Below, in pieces: positions 47,414 through 62,199 of a stretch of DNA of 64,000 nucleotides. Origin of the DNA: Octopus sinensis (lineage: Eukaryota). A model generated the notes under the pieces. That model was not told the DNA's origin, ran no database searches, and saw only the letters and a program-made list of their open reading frames with translations. The position numbers and the translations under genes were made by a program. Location of the stretch: positions 25,668,001-25,732,000 of the forward strand of contig NC_043005.1 of assembly GCF_006345805.1 (NCBI RefSeq), read 5' to 3'. Position 1 is the stretch's first letter; the number at the start of each line of letters is the position of its first letter.

Positions 47414-48286
47414 AAAGTGATTTTGTTTTACGTTTTATGGATATATATTATGCTGCTACAGCGCCGATAACTTACACTGTATAATCTATATTTTACAATG
47501 TATAACATCCTCTTTTACGAGTACTTCGATGGAGTACGTAAGAGTAACTGGCTTCTGTTTCTCTAATGTTGGGGCTCCAAAGAGACGGGTTCCTTAATAT
47601 CAGGCGACAGCTCTCTATGTATTTAATTGCTTTTTTGCTTTTTGGAGAATAAAATACAATGGCCAACTTATCTCTTCTAATACTTTAGTGAAATCGAATT
47701 ATTCTAAATTGTATTCGATCGGTGGCTAATTATTGCATCTTCATTTCAACAAACTTTATTCAACAAAAACAATAACAATATTAAACCTAAAACATCTTTA
47801 AATGACGGTTTGACCGTCTGCCAAGCAAATGGGAAGCAGTAATTGAAGTAGATGGTGAATATGCTCCGGAATAATCATTTAAAGATGTTTTTGTTGCATG
47901 TTATTTTTTTGTTTTTTGTTGAATAAAATTTGTTGAAAAAAAAGCCGCAATAATTATATACCAACCGAGTAGTATCGAATTTGGTGAGACAGTTTTCATT
48001 ACAGTTCGATATAAATTGACAGTGATTTAAAGCATGCATGCGTGCGCATATGCGTCTGCTTATGTGTTCTGTACAACATTCCACACGACCGAAGTATACT
48101 GAAGTTATGGAATATAAATAAGTATTTGTTGTTTGAGTCCTTTCTAATAAGTAACTACATCTCAGCAGCATTTCGTGTAAAACTCATATTCATAATAAGA
48201 GTAGAATTTAATATGATTAAATAATATTATCAAATAATACATTAGTTCCTCGGTTTTCGAACAACTCTGATCACGAATAAATCGTG

Positions 48287-48376
<90 letters not shown>

Positions 48377-48378
<2 letters not shown>

Positions 48379-48436
48379 CTTAGAATAATTTAGAAAGGTT
48401 TTAGCCAGTATTGGCCCAGGCCATGTCTAACTTAAT
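48377..48436 (-). mobile_element. Very short CR1-like 3' tail copy
   Basis: Reverse complement attaagttagacatggcctgggccaatactggc matches 52450 onward and 33002 onward. Confidence 0.65.
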
Positions 48437-48637
48437 GTTGAAATTTACAGTAAAACAAAAGATGAAAACAGGTGTATAAACAACAAACAGGTGTATTGGT
48501 TTAGCGCTCGAGAAGGTGAGAAAATCTTTTACTTTTCGAGCCTACGCTCTTCAACAGAAAGGAAAACAGGGAAATAAACAGAGAGGGAATAAAAAGTCTT
48601 TATATCTTTATATATATATGTACATATATATATATAT

Positions 48638-48676
<39 letters not shown>

Positions 48677-48739
48677 TGTGTGTGTGTGTCTGTGTGCGTG
48701 TGTATGTGTGTATGTGTGTCTGTGTGTGTGTGTGTGTGT

Positions 48740-49023
48740 GTGGAGGCGCAATGGCCCAGTGGTTAGGGCAGCGGACTCGCGGTCGTAGGCTCACGGTTTC
48801 GATTCCCAGACCGGGCGTTGTGAGTGTTTATTGAGCAAAAACACCTAAAGCTCCATGAGGCTCCGGCAGGGGGTGGTGGCGATCCCTGCTGTACTCTTTC
48901 GCCAAAACTTTCTCTCACTCTTTCAGCGGGGTGGCGTCATTTGAAGGCTAAAACAATGCGAAGCGCATTGTGACCAGCGATGTGTAGCAACATCTGATAG
49001 CCTGGTCTGTCACGGTGATCACA

Positions 49024-49025
<2 letters not shown>
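48740..49025 (+). mobile_element. tRNA-derived SINE family C
   Basis: A and B boxes present; matches 11612-11920. Confidence 0.8.
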
Positions 49026-49097
<72 letters not shown>

Positions 49098-49137
49098 TAC
49101 ATATATATTTAGATAGATAGATAGATAGATAGATAGC

Positions 49138-49207
<70 letters not shown>

Positions 49208-49415
49208 TAAAGCAGGATTTGTCCCTGACCAGACGCATTCGTAAACCGAGGTACTACTATATTAAATGAATATGAGAAAGACAGGAGATAAAGCACGATT
49301 TATTCGTGATGAGAGTTGTTCGAAAACCGAGGTACTGCTGCATTAATTTCAACCAGTGGTCAACATACTTAAAAAACGTCGGAGGACCGTGAATTCTATT
49401 TAAATATGAATAATA

Positions 49416-49631
49416 TGAGAGACCACAATGAGGATCCCATGTATACTAAAGATTGACGTCAAACCGTCTTATCACGAAATCTGTGTTCTCAAATTAGCAA
49501 GATGCTAGATGTTTACGAGCTAGACATATGAAAAGAAAGAAATATTTCACTAATTTCTGAACACAGATTTCGTGTAAAGACGGTTTGACGTCTATTTTTA
49601 GCATACAAGGGATCCACATAGTGGTCTCTCA
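49416..49631. mobile_element. Old MITE with ~80-bp imperfect TIRs
   Basis: tgagagaccac..gacgtcaaaccgtctt..cacgaaatctgtgttc vs gaacacagatttcgtg..aagacggtttgacgtc..gtggtctctca. Confidence 0.7.
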
Positions 49632-50083
49632 GATCACCTATCTTCATAATCTTTATTGTTTCAATTATGCAACGACAGAGAAATGCAATTACGAATACAT
49701 ATACAAGCTGGTATATTAACATCAGGTTTACACTTGGTTTCACAATATTTGACAAAGATCTCGCTCGTGTCCCAGAGGCTGCAGTATTGCATTCGCAATT
49801 GGAAGATGATAATTTGGATTCACGGAATGGGTGGCACCCTGTGCTCTTGAGCAAAACACTTCATTTCATGTGAGCAGCCCCACGACGGACCGGTGTTTCG
49901 TTCAAGGGGATGTGTGACCTCAATTGTTTCTATGCCATGGAAACCGGGTAACCGGCTTTAAGAGTTTTAAAACTCGAGGTAATGATGTCCAGAGATATTA
50001 GTTGATGATGATGGTGATGATGATGATGATGATGAGAATGATGATGACGATGATGATGATGATGATGATGGTCATGATATGAT

Positions 50084-50121
<38 letters not shown>

Positions 50122-50552
50122 AACATTTTATAGCCTCGGAGGTGTTTTTACACTTTTCTTTTATTTAAAGTTCTTTATTTATTTGTAACACTTGGCCCCA
50201 TGGCTCTTCGATCTTTTAATACTGGTTCTATTTAGTCACATCTAAACGCCTTTCTGTTCAGTCTCTGTCTCTTTTGTACGTTTATATATTTCATTATCAC
50301 AATTTTCTCGTCTTTCTTTTTTCTTGTGGACGTGATTCGGAACAATTCTACTAAACCGAGAACAATTCTGAAATTATTGCCTCTGATAATAATCATATAT
50401 AGATGTTTGTGTGTTGCACAGCCAACTCAACATATTGCCAAAGCAATAAAATGAGTTGAATCAATTTTCATGGAGTATTTATTCTCTATTATTATTGCTA
50501 AGATATTCTCACTATTGATTATATTAATAATAATGCCATAAAAGCTTATTTA

Positions 50553-50802
50553 TTTACTACCCACAAGGGGCTAAACACAGAGGGGACAAACAAGGACAGA
50601 CAAACGGATTAAGTCGATTATATCGACCCCAGTGCGTAACTGGTACTTATATACTTATTTAATCGACCTCGAAATGATGAAAGGCAAAGTCGACTTCGGC
50701 GGAATTTGAACTCAGAACGTAACGACAGACGAAATACCACTAAGCATTTCGCCCGGCGTGCTAACGATTCTGCCATCTCGCCTTAAATTCTGCCAGCTCG
50801 CC
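50553..50802 (-). mobile_element. SINE family D with 12-bp target site duplication
   Basis: gccataaaagct at 50535-50546 and 50800-50811. Confidence 0.85.
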
Positions 50803-51184
50803 ATAAAAGCTGTCCGCACTGAGACTCACTGTGGATCAAAACGAGAATTGTTTCATTTTATTTTCGACATGAAACAAACCATTTTCAGAGATTCATTACA
50901 CACATAGATTTACCAAAGATATATTCCAAAAGCTTACGGTCACTGGAATTATTTCGATTAAAACATGAACTTCTTTAAGTTAACGTGAAAGCCGAAGACT
51001 CGAGTAGAGACCATATCTCGCTTGATGTCCTGGAAAAGTTTTGTTGGCTGATTTTTACTATCAAACATAAAACTGCAACACAGTTGCTTTTGTAGGCACC
51101 AACTCCGTACACTCTTCATCCACATTTCCTCTTTCTCCCTTCCACAATAATGACCATTTCTTCAAAGAACTTAGAAAATGTATG

Positions 51185-52510
51185 TTGATTCTGACTATGT
51201 CCACTCGCTCATTTATATCCCCATTTTTTTAGCGTTCGACAGGGTAGACCATAACATCCTACTCTCAAAATTGGCAAACGTTGGTATCCGTGGAAAAGTT
51301 CTACACTGGATTAAGTATTTCCTGGCGAATAGAACACAACATGTTGTAGTTGATGGAGTCCACTCAAACCCAGAAAAGTCACCAGCGGTGTTCCCCAGGG
51401 AACTGTTTTGGGTCCGCTACTCTTCATAATTTACGTAAACGACCTTTCCAGTGTCGTACATTACTGCAAAGGGAAAATATTTGCTGATGACACTAAGCTC
51501 CAGCAAATCGTCAATGAAGAAGCAGATCGAACTCAACTCCAGTCTGATCTATATGCTGTGAGTCAATGGGCAGACAGAAACAAAATGCAACTGAATGAGG
51601 GAGAATTTGAGCTGATGCATTTTGGAAGAAATACCTCACTAAAACAACCATACTCTCTTCCTTCAGAGGAACCACTCACAGCCTCTAACAATATCAGAGA
51701 CCTGGGTGTAATTTTTGATGAGGATCTCAGTTGGAGTGCACACATCAACAAGAAGGTCGATATAGCTCGTAGGATGAGTTCCTGGATTTTAAGAACTTTC
51801 CGGTCCAGAGAACAAGGTGTCATTATACCACTTTTTTCCTCCTTTGTACGGCCACACCTTGAATACTGCTGCCCACTGTGGTCTCCTCACACAAGACAAA
51901 ACATCTCCAGAATTGATCACCCCAGAGGGCACTCACTAAACAAATTGAAGGCATGGCTGCTCTCGATTATTGGGATCGCCTTAAAGCCTTGAAACTTTAC
52001 TCCCTCCAGCGTCGCCGTGAGCGGTACATCATTTGTACGATGTGGAAAATATACCGCCAACTTTGCCCAAACGACCTAAACATTAGCTTCAAGGTTCATC
52101 CAAGACTTGGACCACGGGCTATACGTCCCCTGCCAAATTCAAGATCACAACATACATGTACACTGCAACATAATTTCTTTTCCTCAACAGGCCCTGCCCT
52201 ATTTAACATTGTCCCGAGGGAGATCAAAGAGGTAAAGGATCCCATCAACTTTAAACAGAGTCTGGATAGATTCCTTCAAAGAATACCAGATAAGCCACCC
52301 ATAATTGAATACAACTCACCCAACAAGAACTCACTACATGAACAAAACTGGATACAACTCACCCAACAAGAACTCACTACTTGAACAAAACTTGACTTAA
52401 ACAAAACTTGACTTAAACAGGATTCGAATAATCCTATCAGGTGGTGCTATTAAGTTAGACATGGCCTGGACCAATCTTTGGTCGAAACATATCTAAGTTT
52501 ATCTAAGTTT
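51185..52510 (+). mobile_element. 5'-truncated CR1-like LINE (RT, C-terminus, 3' tail)
   Basis: AFDRVDHNILLSKL, SGVPQGTVLGPLLFIIYVNDL (across a frameshift), IFADDTKL, RDLGV, VRPHLEYCCPLWSP, LYSLQRRRER. Tail ends in a tatctaagtt repeat. Confidence 0.9.
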
Positions 52511-53121
52511 ATACATATACATTTACAAATTGATTAATTTAATCTTAACCCGCCGATTGCGTACTAACTCTGTGATTAAATTTGATATAGGTTTTCTCCT
52601 TAATTTTAATATATATATATTATCAAAATAAGCAACATGATATCCAGAGTTAATGCAGTACGATCGATTCAAGCGATTCCATTTAATTGAACAATGCAGC
52701 CATTGTTCAATTAATTAGTTCAACTAGAGCTGAGAGTACAATGAAACGTACTTCCTGTCCACTTCACCTTATAGGTTGATATCAACCTGTAATTGTTTAA
52801 ACTGGTCACTTGAGCAACGTTGGAAGGACTATAAATATCATTAGCGCTTCCACCTCTTTCCAGCTTCCATCAGGTAGCAGTAGTAGTTGCTTGAAACCTA
52901 ACTAATTCCAGCTTAGACAAGGATTATATTAAAACTTAAGAAATATCTTCGGCTGTCGTCAGCGATATCACACGGTTACAATTATCCACACTTGTGATAT
53001 GCGTGCAATGAAGGGAGAATAGCATCTCATCTTGCGCTCTCTCTCTCTCTCTCTCTCTCGCTCGCACACACATACACACGTATGTATATATACATTTATG
53101 TATATATTTATATACACACAT

Positions 53122-53186
<65 letters not shown>

Positions 53187-53197
53187 CTTTTATAAAA

Positions 53198-53233
<36 letters not shown>

Positions 53234-53548
53234 CAAAACTTTAGATTCAAATGAATTAGGTACTTAAGTTGAAGCACCAGAATTTAGTACGATATTATAA
53301 ATATAGTTTCAAAATAAGGTGATTAAAATCAATATAAGAAGTCCTTTGTCCATCTCCTCACGTTCTTGGAGGGTTTAGGTAAAATTATACAAATGTGTCC
53401 ATCAGTTTTAATTTGATTAAATTCTATGTATTTATGCAGCTGAGGATTACTCTGCATTTAAATTGATGTAATGGTTACATTGTTCTATTAAATGGAGTCG
53501 CTTGAAACGATCGTACTGCATTATCGCTGGATATCCTGTTGCTTATTT

Positions 53549-53619
<71 letters not shown>

Positions 53620-54146
53620 ATAAATGTATATCAAGGGCAAACGAGTACATATACAAGTCGCCAACATGCTAGAAAAATACGCCAATGTCTAAAATCTAAC
53701 TTAAGATATCATCATAAAGTATAAACACGTGCTGTCTCTCTATCTTGATTTCAAGATTAACGGGTAATCCCTTTTTCTACCATTACTGTAATATAACCCA
53801 ATCAGTGCATATAAGTACGAACAAAATACATTCGCAGAACGACTCCACATCGCGAATACACTGTTCGTACTTATATACAGAATAAAAATTCAAAAATCTG
53901 GTTTCGCTTATTTCCTGCACGTGTTAATGACCAAATAATTCAGCAGTGAAAATTTTTGGTTTGAATGAAATTATATATTTTTAATATATTTTAAATTTAA
54001 GGATAAAATCTATATTGGATTTTATCAGGTATTTTGCATTCAACAGGTTAAGTTTAAATTAATCAATTTATAAATTTATATCAAGGACATATATAAATAT
54101 ATATTTATACATATGCATAATATGCACATATATGTATATATATGTG

Positions 54147-54455
54147 TGAAGCCACATCGCTTAATGGTTAGGGTATTCGGCTCGCGATCTTAGGGTCGCA
54201 AGCTCGATTCCTTTCAGGGCGTTGGGTCCTTGAGCAAGACACTTTTTTGTTGTTGCTCTAGTCCACTCGGCTGGCAAAAATTAGTAGGAACTGTATTTCA
54301 AAGGGCTGCCTTGTCACACTCTGTGTCACGCCAAATCCCGGCGAGAACTACGTTAAGGGTACACGTGCGTGTGGAGTGCTCGTTAATCTCTCGAGCAAGT
54401 TGTTCTGTTGATCGGGTCAACTGGAACCCGCGTCATTGTAAGCGACGAACGGCCA
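54147..54455 (+). mobile_element. tRNA-derived SINE family B
   Basis: tggttagggt A-box-like sequence, CORE-like tccttgagcaagacactt, and a tail shared with 7834-8152. Confidence 0.75.
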
Positions 54456-54463
54456 TGATATGC

Positions 54464-54498
<35 letters not shown>

Positions 54499-54714
54499 TG
54501 TATGTATGTATAAATGCATGCATGCATGTATGTATGTATGTATGTATGCTTGCATGCATGTATGTATGTATGTATGTATGTATGTATGTATGTATGTATG
54601 TATGTATGTATCTATCTATCTATCTAACGATCTATGTATATTTTTATCTATGTATCTATCTATCTATCAATCTATCTATCACCGCCAGCTAATTTGAATT
54701 GTCTAAAGTCGAAA

Positions 54715-55065
54715 GACGCCTGTTGTTTTTGTTCTGTTATTATTATTATTATTGTTTTTTGTTTTTTGTATTTATATTCGTATTACGTTTTGTTTTTTGT
54801 ATATTTTCGTGTAACTTCGTCTGTTTTTCTCTCCTTGTTTCGTACACATTCGATCCTTTTTCCTAGAAATCTAATGCTCGTAGCTTAGTTTTTCCTTGGG
54901 GCTGGCCAGATCGGGGCAATCTCAAGATTAGTCAGGCGAAATTGCGAGGATGATCCGGTTCTTGACTGAAGATTAGAGGCTTCGAAAGACTCGTCCGTTT
55001 TCGTATCGTCTATTTGAATGTTTTGCGTTCTTGTCCAATTTTGTATTTTTATATATATTTTTATA
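54715..55065 (+). repeat. T-rich pLTR-like element related to 33760-34560
   Basis: Shared block including ttgactgaaga...ttcgaaa. Confidence 0.6.
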
Positions 55066-55071
55066 CATAAT

Positions 55072-55165
<94 letters not shown>

Positions 55166-55210
55166 CATATATATTTAGATAGATAGATACATACATACAT
55201 ACATACATAT

Positions 55211-55297
55211 ATATATATGCATATCATGGCCGTTTGTCGCTTACGATGACGCGGGTTCCAGTCGACCCGATCAACGGAACAACTTGCTCGAGAGATT
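55211..55297 (-). repeat. Inverted duplicate of 54385-54470 (SINE tail + flank)
   Basis: Reverse complement match with ~4 substitutions, including flank sequence beyond the SINE end. Confidence 0.8.
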
Positions 55298-55308
55298 ATA
55301 TATATCTA

Positions 55309-55357
<49 letters not shown>

Positions 55358-55378
55358 CTATCTATCTATCTATCTATC

Positions 55379-55498
<120 letters not shown>

Positions 55499-56931
55499 CC
55501 TATTGCTGGTCTGTTTAAAACTTTTGTTTCGGTATACATTTTGTTACATGGTCATAGTAACATAAAAAAATATTTTTGAAAAATTCAATAAATACCATTA
55601 CAATGCATAAAAAATTGACACTTTTCAAATGTTAGTAAAATCCCGAAAGAACTAGAAAGCTCTTTGTTTTACACGTTTTGAACAAACATTTGTGTAAACG
55701 TCGAATTCAATGGCGTTGTAATCTGATTTGCACGTTTTCTCTGTTTTACTCTCTGGTCTCGTTAAAAATCGATCGCCACAGATTATTCTTCAAACGCAAC
55801 GTTTTTAAAAATGCAATTACGAAGTCTCTTAAATTTGAAACATCTGAAGTCTAGTTTATTCGATTGTAATTGTATGCTTAAAGAAGACATTATCACGAAG
55901 TGACTTCTTCTATAGGTTACAGCATAAAAATGCCAGTACTTTACATCGTTGAAACCATTAAGAAATCTATCTACTTAGATGCCCAACAATTGCCATGCTT
56001 CAAAGACTTAGCTGGCGATATCTCATCTTACAAGATATTAATTACTCTCAGCGCGTGACGGTGCGTTGCATTCTGGTCATAAAATGCTTACTGCTTTCGT
56101 GACAGATGGTCAAATGTGTTAGTTAAGACGTCATAGTTCCGTTATTAGAAATTGCATTGTGAGTTTCCATTGAATTAAAGACAATCTTATAAACTTATAG
56201 GTGAAAACGAGTTAGAAAGCAAGTACGGCACATAATATGATACCGCCATATGCCATAATAGTGAAATCGAGAATAACAAAATTCCATGTAAATCCTTAAA
56301 ATTTTACACTAAATCTAATATGATACCAAAGGGCAATTAAGTAAATCTCCAAGCTAGTATATCCTGTATTCTGATGCATCAAACTATCCATTGACCTTTC
56401 ACTTTAAAATTCTTAAAGGAACAGCTATACCAATAAGCGATATTTATCGTACGGCGAAATAATTCATGAGATAATTTTTGATGAACCTCTCGCCTTTCCG
56501 AAACAATAAGAACTGTAGTCAAAGTTCAGTCACCCTCCAATGAATTTAATCACTTGATATCTGCTATTAAAGAAACAATCGTATGTCTTTTGCACTGTGA
56601 AATATAATGGTCCTTAGACTGCCACGGGGGTTAATCGTAGTCAAAATAATATGTTTTTAGCATGCCTTGGTTAGAAGGATTATGATTTAAAATTCATTCT
56701 TCATAGCATGCAATAACGGCTCCAAAGCAGAAGCAACGTACTGTGATTGACTTCATGACAAAAGCGGGGAATGGAGCAAGTAGAGAGGAAGGAAGGATGC
56801 AAACACTTCGACATCCTCAGGAAGCTACATGTTGTTTACGCAGATGTCACTCGTAGCAAGTGAAATTTCCACAGATAGTTGAAAACGTTTAGAAAAGAGG
56901 ATGCTGGTACGTAAATGTATACATAAAATGC

Positions 56932-56967
<36 letters not shown>

Positions 56968-57016
56968 GTGTGTGTGTGTCTGTGTTTGTGCGTATGCATG
57001 CATGTATATGCATACA

Positions 57017-57158
<142 letters not shown>

Positions 57159-57544
57159 ATCATCTATGCCTGACTATCAGTCCTCTTGTCTATATTAAAT
57201 GGCTTCCATTAGTATTACAACGTTTCTCCATTGACGTTTTATTTTTCGCCAACCAAAACACTCGCCATAATGAAATAAAATAATTCCTTTAATCATTTTA
57301 CATTCTGGACGTTCTAAAGTGTTTTACATTTCATATTATACTACAGTTAAACATCGAAGCACAGATTCCCAGACTTTAAACAACAAAAAAAAATACCTTT
57401 CTTGAGATAACTCTAATAATTCCATGAGTCATGAGTCAATAAAAACATTTTCATAAAATAACTATTTCAGTCTTTTTCGCATGTTTGTTATAACTAACAT
57501 CAACTCTCATCACATTGTTATCAAAATTTATTGTCATTTACCCT

Positions 57545-57925
57545 TTTACTTGTTTCAGTCATTTGACTGCGGCCATGCTGGAGCACCGCCTTCAGTCCAG
57601 CAAATCGACCCCCAGGACTTATACTTTGTAAGCCTAGTACTTATTCTATCGGTCACTTTTGCCGAACCGCTATGTTACGGGGACGTAAACACACCAACAT
57701 CGGTTGTCAAGCGATGTTGCGGGGGACAAACACAAACACATACATATATATACATATATACGACGGGCTTTTACCAGTTTCCGTCTACCAAATCCATTCA
57801 CAAGGATTTGGTCGGCCCGAGGCTATAGTAGAAGACACTCGCTCAAGGTGCCACGCAGTGGGACTGAACCCGGAACCATGTGGTCGGTAAACAAGCTACT
57901 TACCACACAGCCACTCCTGCGCCTA
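57545..57925 (-). mobile_element. Full-length tRNA/CORE-like SINE family A
   Basis: Minus strand: aggcgcaggagtggctgtgtggtaag (A box), ccgggttcagtccc (B box), CORE-like ccttgagcgagtgtctt, tail ending gaaacaagtaaaag. Confidence 0.85.
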
Positions 57926-58778
57926 TGATAATGTTGTCTTAGTGTTTTTGTAGAAATCCTTGGTGTGTAGTTATTCTAACGAAAAATACTACTACATTTT
58001 TTCTATAGAGAGAAAAGTGTATTTTCCTTTATAAAATGAGATTGAGGTGATCTTTTATTGCGATATCGATCACGTGTTTAAAAATACCGTTCATCTAACG
58101 TCAAATTATTATTGGTGTAGAAATATAAGTTAACCTTGGCCTAATTCTGAATAAACCATAGGGCATTCGTGACGAGTGGAAATTAAATTGAACATTCTAA
58201 TTTCTAGATGTTGAATACCGCGGCGAAGAAAAAGGTAATTTCCTACAGAGGAATTTTCTTGCAAACTCCTTGAAATTATTTTGACTTTCATTATTAAATC
58301 TTTAAATAATTTTGTCTTTCATAATTCGTTTGCAGTAAATATTGAACATCACAACTGTGCACTACTGTATGTGTAAAACTGCAAATTACATTTAAATAAT
58401 GAATTGTTCAGTTTGGAAAAAAAGATCTGATCATGATTGAGAAAAGAAGACTAAAGATATGTAGGTAACATACAACGTGATCCAAATGTCAATTATATAG
58501 CAAGAAAAATATTCAGAAAAAAATCATAGTGGCGCCATTTGAAGGATGATTATTGCATCTTTATAAACTAAAATGGCGTCTAAAATATTCTTTTCTATTG
58601 TTGGACAATAGTCGAATGTTTGTCTTCAAGGCATCGAGCAAAGATGACGTCATACTTTAACTGTTTCTTCAGAATCGTCTCTCAGATCGTATTCCAGTGT
58701 CGACCTCCTGTCAGAGTGCTGGAGGATACGCTTCTATTCTATACTACGTAATATATCAAAATATCGTGGTTTATAAGT

Positions 58779-58876
<98 letters not shown>

Positions 58877-59029
58877 ATGTGTGCGTGTGTGTGTGTTTGT
58901 GTGCATGTTTGTATGTGTGTGTGTTTATGTGTAAGTGTAAAAGTGTATATTTATATTCAGTATGTATAAGCATATGGATAGATAGATAGCTATGTTGGTA
59001 GGTAGGTAGATAGGTAGACAGCCAGGTAG

Positions 59030-59330
<301 letters not shown>

Positions 59331-59992
59331 CACACATGTAGTCATAGAATCTTGTTTGATAGGCAGAATGCCTCATTTTGACATCACCACCTGGCCCCTG
59401 AATAACTTCAGAATCTACTTCCTTGCAAATCCGTAGACCAAGGTCCCGTTGTGAAAAATAACTTCCTCCGCCCTTCATTTAGTCCCGTCGGGAATGGGGG
59501 AGGCTGGTAATAGCCATGAGTTTCAGCATTTTCCTTCTAAATTAGCTATTAAAAACGTCATATCAACGGGGAAAAAAATTACACTTGAGAATATTTCAGA
59601 ATGTTGCGTTGGAATAAGTTAGACTGACTCACTTTATTATTCCGCATTGAGCAGCAGGACCTCGTACCAAGCCAAGAGAAAAGGATCTTGTTGGATGTTA
59701 CACAGTACATCCATTACCTTCTGTTTGAAGATTTAGCGTCTCTTTTACATTTCCCAGAGATAAAGTTCACCTCACACCTTACATACTCCCCCGGAAGATT
59801 GACGCCTTTTTATTCACAGCTGTAACATCTCGAGGCAAGATTTGAAAGGTTGTTCAAATTAAAATTTCATTAATCCGATATTAACCATTACTTTTGAACC
59901 AATCAGGAAGAAGTAATTAATGAGTGAAAAATCATTATACAACACACACACATAAATATTTGTATGTATATCTGTTTGTGAGTATATATATA

Positions 59993-60075
<83 letters not shown>

Positions 60076-60537
60076 GACACACACACACACATATATACAT
60101 ATATATGCTGATTTCATCCCAAGCCAATTTAGAGTAATCAAACAACTACGCCTCTTGAAAGAAGGATTTAAGAATTTGTCTTTCGCAATCCTATTTCAGT
60201 CTCTTTCAGTCGCACCTGTTCTCTCATTATCTATATGTATAAATACTAACAACATACCTTTGTGCATTTTAGATATTTTGTGCACGACAGATATCTAATT
60301 AAAAAAAAAAAGATCATACAATGAAACCAAGCAAGAGGAATTTTATAAAAATTGGAAGCTCTACCATGAGTCTGTAAACGCGTGGTAGTCCTCTAGTGTA
60401 GAACTTATTGTAGAACTGCATTAAAGATTTTATGTGTGATTAACGAATGAATGTGTAGCAGTGTATAGTCCATTTCATTTTATTCTACTTATTTATTTTT
60501 TCATTCCTCCTTTTCTCTCTCATTTCATTCATTGGTT

Positions 60538-60576
<39 letters not shown>

Positions 60577-60603
60577 TTATTATTATTATTGTTATTATTA
60601 TCA

Positions 60604-60656
<53 letters not shown>

Positions 60657-61380
60657 TTGCTTCTTCTTTTTCGTAAATTCTTTTCAAAATAAAAGGTCAT
60701 GTTCTCCATTTATTTCATACAAGATTTTACGGTCCCCTGGCCGTGCTGTCTTAAATCATAACAGGGAAAACCGGAAATAAAGAAAACCTAATTTAAAAAA
60801 AAACACAACTTTGTTTATATTTCATAGATCTACCTCCTTCTTTAGTGTATGCATACATACACACACATATACATACATAAATGCATACATATATATATAT
60901 AAATATATATGTATGTGTGTGTGTGTGTGTGTGTGTGTAAATGTATGAATAGATGTGTGAGTGTGTCTGTGTGTATGTACTTGAAACAAATTCTATATAC
61001 GTATATATACACATTCGTTTATATAAAGACTGCCACTCGAAAACACACAAACATATACATGTATGTGTATGCATGTACATATATAAAGGGAAATACAATT
61101 ATATACTGATACTTACACACACACACGTACACACACACCCATATATATATATATGTATATATATATATACATAACGAAGGACAAATAAATGTAGAATCAT
61201 ATTTTTATTTGATATCGCCTTTGATATTTCACTAGGTGTTGGCCACAAGAGTGTGCGAATTATACGGCAGATGGCACTACTTTAATTCCTGGCTATTTGT
61301 TATTGATGGTTCTGTTAAATAAATTGTTGTAGAGGTCAACTCGAGCAACAGAAATTTTGAATTCGCATTCGACAAGGTTA

Positions 61381-61531
61381 CATTATTTACAATATTTACA
61401 TTATTTACAATTGATGGATATTTGTCCTCATCTTGTTTTTTGTTAACACAACGTTTCGGCTGATGTACCCTCCAGACTTCATCGGGTGTCTTGGGTAAGT
61501 TTCGAGTCTGGGTTTTTCGATGTTGTTGTTG

Positions 61532-61570
<39 letters not shown>

Positions 61571-61599
61571 TATTATTATTATTATTATCATCATTATTA

Positions 61600-61655
<56 letters not shown>

Positions 61656-61718
61656 TTTCAGCTCCCTGCCTGGAATCGAACTCGGAATCTTGGAGTTAGT
61701 AGCCCGCACTCTTAACCA
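61381..61718 (-). mobile_element. Second tRNA-headed SINE with (AAT)n linker and HHR tail
   Basis: B box ggaatcgaac at 61672-61681. HHR at 61446-61489: ACAC-CCGATGA-A-GTCTG..CAGCC-GAAA-CGTT-GTGT. Confidence 0.8.
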
Positions 61719-62199
61719 AGATTAGTGTTTCTTACCTTTTTGTTCGGTTTCTGTTTTGTATATTTGATATTTGTTTGAGTATCCCTGCGACTGTTTGTTG
61801 TTTGTATACTGTTTGTATTTTTGTATGTAGGTTCGTGTGCATATTTGGTTACTTTAGGTATTCTGCTTTGGAACTTTACTACGTGCATTTATGGCAAGAT
61901 ATGTAGCAGATATTTATGATCAATTATAAATACTTGAAGAGGATATTATGGTATAGACTGAAATCTTTAGTAGATGAGTATATTAATCATATGTATGCAT
62001 CGGATTGCCTGAGAGTGTGTTAGACAGTTAATCAATATGTTGTGAGAGGGAAGTGTGGACAAACATATAACGCTTGTTCTTAGTGAACCTGAAAAGAAAG
62101 TGGTGCGGAAGATCTACTATGAAAGACTGTAAGCGTTGAGAATGAATGGGAGAAATGGAGCCGTACTTGTTTGAACCCAAACGAGTGACCAATTCTAGT

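Larger units (their letters stand above)
48240..49340. mobile_element. pogo/Tigger-like MITE with nested insertions
   Basis: TIR-like cctcggttttcgaacaactct..cacgaataaatcgtgcttt at 48248-48290 and its reverse complement at 49290-49340. Confidence 0.5.

Noticed and set aside
59340-59870. Possible highly decayed mariner pieces
   Set aside because: HP/DLA-like residues appear only after assuming several frameshifts.
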